Origin: Octopus sinensis
Lineage: Eukaryota
Length of the DNA stretch: 64,000 bases
Direction of reading: 5' to 3'
Assembly: GCF_006345805.1 (NCBI RefSeq)
Contig: NC_043007.1
Location: 22,444,001 to 22,508,000 of the forward strand
Under the pieces are notes generated by a model that was given only the letters and a program-made list of their open reading frames with translations, was not told the origin of the DNA and did not search any database. Shown here piece by piece: positions 59,801 through 64,000 of the stretch. Position numbers and translations under genes: made by a program. How positions within the stretch are numbered: position 1 is the stretch's first letter; every line of letters begins with the position of its first letter.

Positions 59801-60713
59801 AATCCCTCCCTGCCATCTTAACAAAAGGCTGTCCTGCTGAGTGATATAAATACGTATTCTTGCGTGCCTTTCCTTCATTGGACACTAAACTCTGCTTGCG
59901 AAGACTTTTGAGGCAAGTGAATTGGAATCGAAATCCTGGCATCCAAGCTAGTGGAGTGCTAAGAGTACCATACAAGTGAGATCGTTGCCAGAGCACAAGC
60001 TGGCCTCCATGCCGATGGCACGTTAAAAACACCATTCAAGTGTGATCATTACCTGCATCGCCTTACTAGCACCCGTGCTGGTGGCACGTGAAAAAACATT
60101 TGAGTGAGGTTGTTGTCAGTGCCGATGGACTGAATCCTGTGCAGGTAGTACATGAAAAGTACCATTTGAGTGTGGCTGTTGCCAGTACTGCGTGACTGGC
60201 CCTCATGCCGGTGGCATGTAAAAGCACCTTTGATCATGAGTCGGCCTGTGGCTAAAGAACAACAACAATAACAACACAATATCATTTGTGTCATTTAACT
60301 TCTTATTGGATGCAATTAAAACTCAATAATATTTGTAAAATATCGGTTTCAAATTTTGGCTCAAGGCCAGAAATTTTGGGGGCAAGCGGTAAGTCAAGTC
60401 AATTACATCAGTTCTGGTATTCAACCAGTTTTTATTTTATTGACTCTGAAAGGATGAAAAGCAAAGTTGACTGTGATGGGATTTGAACTCAGAACGTACA
60501 GATGGACAAAATGCTGCTAAGCATTTTGCCCAGCATGCTAACAATTCTGCCTGCTCTGCTTGCCACCTTATCTATCAAGTATTACAGCAACTTTTGATTC
60601 TTATCTATTTCTCTTTAGGAAATGGTTAAATTGCAAAAGGATTTGTCTGAAACCCGACGAAATCTGCAGGATTTGGAAGGTAGGGGACAGAGTGATGAGA
60701 CCGACGAAAAAAA
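4106..60713 (+). CDS. KIF27: Kinesin-4 family motor, KIF27/KIF7 (Costal2) type; 22 coding exons, 3'-incomplete
   Basis: The spliced exons give [16 protein letters not shown]..., P-loop GQT/GSGKT, switch I NEHSSRSH, switch [28 protein letters not shown] and LKYANR. Stalk motifs [30 protein letters not shown] and [19 protein letters not shown] match KIF27 as I recall it (RPYTVP, VHTSPPMYSLDRIFAGFRTRSQML, NIKMKEDLIKELIKTGNDA). All introns are GT-AG and phases are compatible. Confidence 0.93.
4515..5198. repeat. Long degenerate (TA)n microsatellite
   Basis: Direct inspection; source of the IY-repeat ORFs. Confidence 0.97.
5199..8235 (-). mobile_element. Decayed CR1/L2-group LINE (APE endonuclease plus reverse transcriptase ORF2)
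   Basis: Minus-strand pieces: [47 protein letters not shown] (endonuclease); [51 protein letters not shown] (RT and thumb); many stops and frameshifts. Confidence 0.92.
8240..8712. repeat. Long degenerate (TA)n microsatellite
   Basis: Direct inspection. Confidence 0.97.
8715..8910 (-). mobile_element. Putative Penelope-like terminal fragment with a minimal hammerhead motif
   Basis: Minus strand 8846-8812 reads GTTT CCGACGA A GAGC TCT GCTT GAAAC GTT AAAC; abuts (TA)n. Confidence 0.55.
8915..9115 (-). mobile_element. SINE family A, single 5'-truncated unit
   Basis: Same 184-bp body as 698-1485. Confidence 0.85.
9800..10080 (+). mobile_element. piggyBac MITE family 1, partial plus near-complete copies
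   Basis: Repeated GGTGGAAGATTT...ACAGAGCCAGAGGC; ends GTAACGAAATGGTTAA. Confidence 0.75.
10600..11388 (-). mobile_element. SINE family A: head plus 4 tandem 184-bp units
   Basis: GTCGACCTC at 10738, 10922, 11106 and 11290; one tRNA-like head at the right end. Confidence 0.88.
11998..12640 (-). mobile_element. RTE-clade LINE 3' end (ORF2 C-terminus, repeat-rich 3'UTR, (ATG)n tail)
   Basis: Minus strand near 12640 encodes [25 protein letters not shown]; CTGGATGCCCTTCCTAACG motif; tail GGACGTTAAATGATGATG. Confidence 0.8.
12923..13150 (+). mobile_element. piggyBac MITE family 2
   Basis: TTAA-CCCTTTAGCATT ... AATGCTAAAGGG-TTAA. Confidence 0.88.
13557..13694 (+). CDS. KIF27: KIF27-like exon 2 ([46 protein letters not shown])
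   Basis: tgacag acceptor, gtcagt donor; kinesin VRPL and FTFD motifs; 138 nt. Confidence 0.93.
15015..15955. repeat. About 940-bp (TA)/(TG)-rich compound microsatellite
   Basis: Direct inspection. Confidence 0.97.
16672..17042 (+). mobile_element. Helentron-associated (HINE/DINE-like) non-autonomous element
   Basis: Starts ACAAGAGCACTCAGAGAGCGCAAACCTC; internal ACAGACAAAC; ends in hairpin TACCTCCGCC-TTCGCTAA-GACAGAGGTA; (AAT)n on both sides. Confidence 0.5.
17493..17907 (+). mobile_element. SINE family A: head plus 2 tandem units
   Basis: GGCGGCGAGCTGGCAGAAACGTTAGC head, B-box GAGTTCAAATTCC; 13-bp TSD AGGTATTGCAGCA (17480-17492 and 17908-17920). Confidence 0.9.
18217..18820 (-). mobile_element. 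SINE family A: head plus 3 tandem units, inserted in (CA)n
   Basis: Three bodies and one head; AACACACACACAC on both sides. Confidence 0.88.
19340..19680 (+). mobile_element. tRNA-derived SINE family D (second copy 20368-20705)
   Basis: TGGCTCAGTGGTTAGAGC A-box, GAGTTTGATTCCC B-box, then TTGAGCAAGACACTTTATTTCAC central domain. Confidence 0.8.
19804..20327. repeat. Long inverted repeat: 213-bp arms with a 94-bp spacer
   Basis: 19804-20016 is a near-perfect reverse complement of 20111-20327. Confidence 0.95.
21105..21497 (-). mobile_element. Non-autonomous Helitron-like element
   Basis: Minus strand starts TCTCTATATATAAAGCTG and ends CCCAAGCAACGCTGCGCAATACTG-CTAG-T. Confidence 0.6.
22318..22540 (-). 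mobile_element. SINE family A monomer (other monomers at 26205-26440 +, 27140-27370 -, 32621-32845 -, 54452-54673 -)
   Basis: Head plus one body; TSD TAACTAAACCT at 32610-32620 and 32846-32856; decayed 14-bp TSD at 54438-54451 and 54674-54687. Confidence 0.85.
23285..23590 (-). mobile_element. tRNA-derived SINE family E (others at 39172-39365 +, 42640-42945 -, 54725-55105 -)
   Basis: GTGGAGGCGCAATGGCCCAGTGGTTAGGGCAGCGGAC head, GGTTTCGATTCCC B-box. Confidence 0.8.
23758..23841 (+). CDS. KIF27: KIF27-like exon 3 ([28 protein letters not shown])
   Basis: ttacag/gtaagt; first half of the P-loop; 84 nt. Confidence 0.95.
24141..24908 (-). mobile_element. Cluster of three piggyBac family-1 MITEs with a family-2 end between them
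   Basis: TTAA-bounded copies at 24141-24368 and 24423-24644, partial copy 24720-24908; family-2 end AATGCTAAAGGGTTAA at 24411-24426. Confidence 0.85.
25305..25412 (+). CDS. KIF27: KIF27-like exon 4 ([36 protein letters not shown])
   Basis: tgtcag/gtaagt; GSGKT and GIIPR motifs; 108 nt. Confidence 0.95.
25493..25962 (+). mobile_element. RTE-clade 3'UTR fragment (similar at 26508-26765, 30939-31230, 31445-31660, 34640-34970, 38503-38600, 40790-41100, 46960-47275, 47500-47830, 48133-48360, 49903-50210, 50270-50476, 56840-57210, 59940-60230, 61457-61816)
   Basis: Tandem GGTGGCACGTAAAAAGCACC subrepeats, conserved TTGGCGTTAGGAAGGGCATCCAG block, (ATG)n tail. Confidence 0.8.
28157..29046. repeat. 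36-bp minisatellite, about 24.5 copies (AGGGCCTTAAAGGACATGCCTGTATGTRGAGGAGAC)
   Basis: Direct inspection; source of the 12-aa repeat ORFs on both strands. Confidence 0.97.
29050..29240 (-). mobile_element. RTE LINE ORF2 C-terminal relic
   Basis: [27 protein letters not shown] matches the RTE GRP.K.W...V..D...LGL pattern. Confidence 0.75.
29331..29457 (+). CDS. KIF27: KIF27-like exon 5 ([42 protein letters not shown])
   Basis: Long T tract plus ccag, gtaggt donor; SYIEIY motif; ends phase 1. Confidence 0.95.
29858..30010 (+). mobile_element. mariner-derived MITE fragment
   Basis: Similar to the right part of 52634-53268; relic of a mariner C-terminal motif (...KCVNLRG). Confidence 0.5.
30291..30790 (-). 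mobile_element. CR1 LINE 3' fragment with (AACTT)n tail (sister copy 33183-33507 +)
   Basis: [29 protein letters not shown]...RGHSEKL...[13 protein letters not shown]. Confidence 0.9.
32230..32376 (+). CDS. KIF27: KIF27-like exon 6 (switch [16 protein letters not shown])
   Basis: tttcag/gtatac; 147 nt, phase 1-1. Confidence 0.95.
35161..35241 (+). CDS. KIF27: KIF27-like exon 7 (loop-10 insert [26 protein letters not shown])
   Basis: tgccag/gtaggt; 81 nt open frame, phase 1-1; position fits the loop between beta6 and beta7, but there is no motif-level homology. Confidence 0.65.
35340..35600 (+). mobile_element. Putative Penelope-like terminal fragment with a minimal hammerhead motif
   Basis: 35464-35501 reads TCTTT CTGTCGA G GAGC TTAG GCTC GAAAC GTA AAAGA; followed by (TA)n. 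Confidence 0.55.
36297..36392 (+). CDS. KIF27: KIF27-like exon 8 (switch [28 protein letters not shown])
   Basis: ttccag/gtaagt; 96 nt, phase 1-1. Confidence 0.96.
38070..38500 (-). mobile_element. Decayed CR1-group RT C-terminal fragment
   Basis: [47 protein letters not shown]. Confidence 0.75.
41617..41738 (+). CDS. KIF27: KIF27-like exon 9 ([40 protein letters not shown])
   Basis: ttgtag/gtaggt; 122 nt. Confidence 0.96.
41911..42253 (+). mobile_element. Non-autonomous Helitron-like element
   Basis: 5' TCTCTATATATATAAACGG; 3' hairpin ACTAGCACTATGACC-TGGCAACGCCG-GGTCATAGTGCTAGT ending CTAG-T. Confidence 0.6.
43249..43540 (+). mobile_element. mariner transposon 5' fragment (TIR plus transposase N-terminus)
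   Basis: TA-TTGGGTTGTCCGGAAAGTT TIR; ATG at 43433 gives [35 protein letters not shown], a mariner HTH start. Confidence 0.85.
43597..43698 (+). CDS. KIF27: KIF27-like exon 10 ([34 protein letters not shown])
   Basis: ttacag/gtaagg; 102 nt. Confidence 0.96.
43746..44294. mobile_element. piggyBac MITEs: family 2 (43746-43980, -) and family 1 (44067-44294, +)
   Basis: TTAA-bounded termini and similarity to other copies. Confidence 0.8.
44984..45064 (+). CDS. KIF27: KIF27-like exon 11 (neck linker, [27 protein letters not shown])
   Basis: ttccag/gtgagt; 81 nt. Confidence 0.92.
45095..45720 (+). mobile_element. CR1 LINE 3' fragment with an internal 201-bp tandem duplication (sisters 53590-53970 +, 59522-59670 -)
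   Basis: [14 protein letters not shown]...[38 protein letters not shown] occurs twice in frame; followed by a 3'UTR. Confidence 0.9.
46013..46155 (+). CDS. KIF27: KIF27-like exon 12 ([10 protein letters not shown]...DMEEKIL)
   Basis: tttcag acceptor; weak donor gtttaa, but phase 2 fits the next exon. Confidence 0.85.
46196..46580 (+). mobile_element. Helitron-like non-autonomous element (related 60882-61250 and 13965-14190)
   Basis: 5' TCTATTATATAAAATCCGTTCTGTCTGTCTG; shared body with the other two loci; no 3' CTAG located. Confidence 0.5.
48612..48747 (+). CDS. KIF27: KIF27-like exon 13 ([16 protein letters not shown]...DWLELREE)
   Basis: atgcag/gtgagt; resembles KIF27 LQGECLGYQ...EEAF. 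Confidence 0.9.
49139..49225 (+). CDS. KIF27: KIF27-like exon 14 ([29 protein letters not shown])
   Basis: Long T tract plus gcag, gtatga donor; 87 nt. Confidence 0.85.
50515..50601 (+). CDS. KIF27: KIF27-like exon 15 ([29 protein letters not shown])
   Basis: ttag/gtaata; resembles KIF27 KKCQCVLAADEVVF; alternative in-frame AG at 50519-50520. Confidence 0.85.
50741..50860 (+). CDS. KIF27: KIF27-like exon 16 (coiled coil, TESLQEKEH...EMRNSLK)
   Basis: tcaaag/gtaact; 120 nt; Q/E/K-rich heptads. Confidence 0.88.
51330..51404 (+). CDS. KIF27: KIF27-like exon 17 ([25 protein letters not shown])
   Basis: atttag/gtaagt; RPxTVP motif. Confidence 0.85.
51829..52310 (-). mobile_element. Two piggyBac family-1 MITEs (51829-52056 and 52105-52310)
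   Basis: TTAA termini and body similarity. Confidence 0.82.
52634..53268. mobile_element. mariner-type MITE with a full SINE-B (52713-53129, +) nested inside
   Basis: Inverted termini ATGAGGGGGTGCTGAAAGGTTC and GAACTTTCAGCACCCCCTCAT. Confidence 0.72.
54078..54292 (+). CDS. KIF27: KIF27-like exon 18 ([36 protein letters not shown]...)
   Basis: ttccag/gtaagc; 215 nt, phase 0 to 2; conserved KIF7/27 HTSP..SLERI..FR.RSQLL block; not in the ORF track in this frame. Confidence 0.92.
55295..55631 (-). mobile_element. SINE family B (others at 14220-14402, 26870-27135, 33785-34385, 34425-34600, 58053-58495 +, 62390-62600)
   Basis: Same head and tail as 111-493. Confidence 0.82.
55823..55917 (+). 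CDS. KIF27: KIF27-like exon 19 ([31 protein letters not shown])
   Basis: ccgcag/gtatgt; 95 nt, phase 2 to 1. Confidence 0.8.
56346..56515. repeat. Zero-spacer palindrome with 85-bp arms
   Basis: Centre CAAAT|ATTTG at 56430/56431; few mismatches; lies between (TA)n tracts. Confidence 0.95.
57261..57435 (+). CDS. KIF27: KIF27-like exon 20 ([10 protein letters not shown]...[13 protein letters not shown])
   Basis: gattag/gtaggc; 175 nt, phase 1 to 2. Confidence 0.85.
57505..57640. repeat. (CTT)n/(CCT)n microsatellite
   Basis: Direct inspection; source of the poly-E/K/R ORFs. Confidence 0.95.
58525..58621 (+). CDS. KIF27: KIF27-like exon 21 ([32 protein letters not shown])
   Basis: tttcag/gttggt; conserved KIF7/27 stalk motif. 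Confidence 0.93.
60619..60713 (+). CDS. KIF27: KIF27-like exon 22 ([31 protein letters not shown]); last exon found in the window
   Basis: ctttag/gtaagt; 95 nt, ends phase 2. Confidence 0.88.
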
Positions 60714-62590
60714 GTAAGTTAGCTTCTTGTTGCAACACACACACACAACATATATCTATGTACATATGCATGCATGTACAGGGTAGCCCAGAAGTCACAA
60801 AAAAGGCTGAAATTTTAATAATTTTCTTTTAATTGCATTTTTTTTATTTGCGATATGTGATTTTTTCACACCAACGTACATATCTATTATATAAAATCCG
60901 TTCTGTCTGTCTGCTGTGTGTGTGTCTTCTAGGATCTCAGGCATCCTCCATCTGATTGCACTCAAATTTGATATGTAGATACCGACGGTATCAGGGCATG
61001 TATAAGTCTTGAAAAAATTACAAAAATCGATTCCAGGTGAGAATGTGATCGATAAAGCCATGGGAACATGCATTTGTATGTGCATGTACATCAGCTGTTG
61101 CGATCGATACTACGCGTATGCGAGAAAAATGCACATGCAGTTTGCGCAAAAAAAACGGGCTGGCTTGAAATAATGCCACAAAATGCAGTATATTTAAGAG
61201 ACCAAAAAAGTAAGATGCAAAAGAGATATTTTCTTCAAACATGGCATGAAGGAAGGAAAGACTATTTGGTTTCTCAAGAAGTTTTTTTTTGCCTTAACTT
61301 CGTTTAACAAAACCGAAAGCTTTATTGAAACAAAGGCATGCTTAATTATTTTTTAATGAAAAGAAAACACTGATTGCTTTTTATTCAGCACCATATATTG
61401 GACGGGTGTGCGTTTTGCTCGTATATGCTATATATATATATATATATATATATATGAGTGTTGGGCCGCATGGAGGCAATGACCAAGACCTTTGGCATCA
61501 TGTTGTGCTTGAGAAGAAGACCCATCAAACTGAGCAAAATCACAGTCGTGGCAGACACCAGTGTCACGCAAATTGGCACCTGTGCCAGTGGCATGGAAAT
61601 GCACCCCAGTGTCATACAAATGGATCCCGTGCCAGTGGCATGTAAAAGCACCCGTTACACTCTCGGAGTGGTTGATGTTAGGAAGGGCATCCAGCCGTAG
61701 AAAACCATGCGAAATCAGACTGGAGTCTGATGCAGCCTTTCCGTGTGCCAGCCCAGTCAAACCTTCCAACCCATGCCAGCATGAACAATGGACGTTAAAT
61801 GATGACGATGATGATGATATATAGATATCTGCCGTTTTTGGTGCTAAAGTATCGTACATTTAAAATGGAGCATAAGTGAATTATTTGTGAAATTTGAGCC
61901 ACCCTGTATACACACACACACACATACACATGCACGCATATACACACACACGCACGCATATACACACACACACACACACACTCATATATGTATGTATGTT
62001 CTCTTCCGGGATGGATGGATGGATGGATGATTGACCAAGAAGCTCCCGTATGGTTTTACAAGCAGTTTTAACAGGTGGCACCTTGACAAGTGTCTTCTAC
62101 TACAGCCCTGGGCTGACCAATATACCGTGTAAGTGATTTTGGTAGGTGGAAACTATGTGGAAGCCCGTCATATATATATGTATGTGTGTGTTTGTATTTG
62201 TTCTCCACTCTGGCCACTTTACAACTGTGTTGGTTTGTTTATGTCCCTACAACTTGGTGGTTTGGCAAAAAGGGCCAATAAAATACTTATAAATAAGTAC
62301 TGGGATTGACTTGGAGGTTTTGCCCCAGCATGGCCACAGTCCAATGACTGAAGCAGCTAAAAGATATATATATTTATAGAGACACATATTCTTTTGCTCT
62401 TTTATCTGTTTCAGTCATTTTGACTGCAACTAAGCTGGAGCACCACCTTTAGTCGAACAAATCGACCCCAGGACTTATTCTTTGTAAGCCTAATACTTAT
62501 TCTATCGGTCACTTTTGCTGAACCATTAAGTTATGGAGATGTGAACACACCAACTTCAGTTGTCAAGTGATGGTGTGGGGACAAACACAG

Positions 62591-62629
<39 letters not shown>

Positions 62630-64000
62630 ATAATAATAAATAGAAATACGGGATGAATTAAAGTTCAAGGATTTCTTATCTTGGGATCACTTCGTTTACG
62701 GACAGTCTTGGCAAAAGGAATTCGGAATCAAGAATGAGGCAGGTTACTAGCTTAAGTATGCATAGGAGTCCAGACAGACAATGTAAAAAGAGGGGGAGAG
62801 AAGGGCGCGAAGAATCGGCAGCCAATTTCTATCAGCCCTGTAAGGGAGAATAGATCTTAAATATCTATAACGATAACTAGTGAATTATACAGAATATGCA
62901 AAAACGAGGCGAGGCTGAAATAGTAAACAGAGTGGCGTCTAGGGGGATCAGAATAATAATAATTAATAAATAATAATAATAAATAGAAATACGGGATGAA
63001 TTAAAGTTCAAGGATTTCTTATCTTGGGATCACTTCGTTTACGGACAGTCTTGGCAAAAGGAATTCGGAATCAAGAATGAGGCAGGTTACTAGCTTAAGT
63101 ATGCATAGGAGTCCAGACAGACAATGTAAAAAGAGGGGGAGAGAAGGGCGCGAAGAATCGGCAGCCAATTTCTATCAGCCCTGTAGGGAGAATAGATCTT
63201 AAATATCTATAACGATAACTAGTGAATTATACAGAATATGCAAAAACGAGGCGAGGCTGAAATAGTAAACAGAGTGGCGTCTAGGGGGATCAGAATAATA
63301 ATAATTAATAAATAATATAATAAATAGAAATACGGGATGAATTAAAGTTCAAGATTTCTTATCTTGGGATCACTTCGTTTACGGACAGTCTTGGCAAAAG
63401 GAATTCGGAATCAAGAATGAGGCAGGTTACTAGCTTAAGTATGCATAGGAGTCCAGACAGACAATGTAAAAAGAGGGGGAGAGAAGGGCGCGAAGAATCG
63501 GCAGCCAATTTCTATCAGCCCTGTAAGGGAGAATAGATCTTAAATATCTATAACGATAACTAGTGAATTATACAGAATATGCAAAAACGAGGCGAGGCTG
63601 AAATAGTAAACAGAGTGGCGTCTAGGGGGATCAGAATAATAATAATTAATAAATAATATTATTCTGATCCCCCTAGACGCCACTCTGTTTACTATTTCAG
63701 CCTCGCCTCGTTTTTGCATATTCTGTATAATTCACTAGTTATCGTTATAGATATTTAAGATCTATTCTCCCTTACAGGGCTGATAGAAATGGCTGCCGAT
63801 TCTTCGCGCCCTTCTCTCCCCCTCTTTTTACATTGTCTGTCTGGACTCCTATGCATACTTAAGCTAGTAACCTGCCTCATTCTTGATTCCGAATTCCTTT
63901 TGCCAAGACTGTCCGTAAACGAAGTGATCCCAAGATAAGAAATCCTTGAACTTTAATTCATCCCGTATTTCTATTTATTATTATTATTTATTAATTATTA
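62630..64000. repeat. 341-343-bp tandem array (3 direct units) followed by an inverted unit
   Basis: AAATAGAAATACGGG at 62638, 62981 and 63322; reverse complement begins at 63657 after a 15-nt AT spacer. Confidence 0.95.

Noticed and set aside
62640-62920. Satellite unit reads as a protein if TAA/TAG encode Gln (IEIRDELKFKDFLSWDHF...), and another frame has a YLGI motif reminiscent of RT
   Set aside because: Six stops in about 92 codons is what AT-rich DNA gives by chance; no recognisable domain; the YLG similarity is too short to call.

Overview
AT-rich, repeat-dense eukaryotic DNA. The repeat content (tRNA-derived SINEs, RTE and CR1 LINE relics, piggyBac MITEs, very long (TA)n tracts) looks like an octopus or other coleoid cephalopod; this is an inference, not a database result. 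The window holds one protein-coding gene: a + strand kinesin-4 of the KIF27/KIF7 (Costal2) group. I reconstructed 22 GT-AG coding exons by hand (4106-60713, 2444 nt, about 814 codons, open throughout, 3' end outside the window). Almost every ORF in the supplied track is microsatellite or repeat noise. The most interesting non-genic structure is: (1) short (TA)n-embedded elements carrying minimal Penelope-type hammerhead ribozyme cores, two of them folded back into long palindromes; (2) a tRNA-SINE found as one head plus 1-4 identical 184-bp units inside a single target-site duplication; (3) a young 341-343-bp tandem array that flips into an inverted copy at the window end; (4) SINE module shuffling and many inverted repeat pairs inside the pre-mRNA. 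Exon and TSD coordinates were counted by hand; repeat boundaries are approximate.
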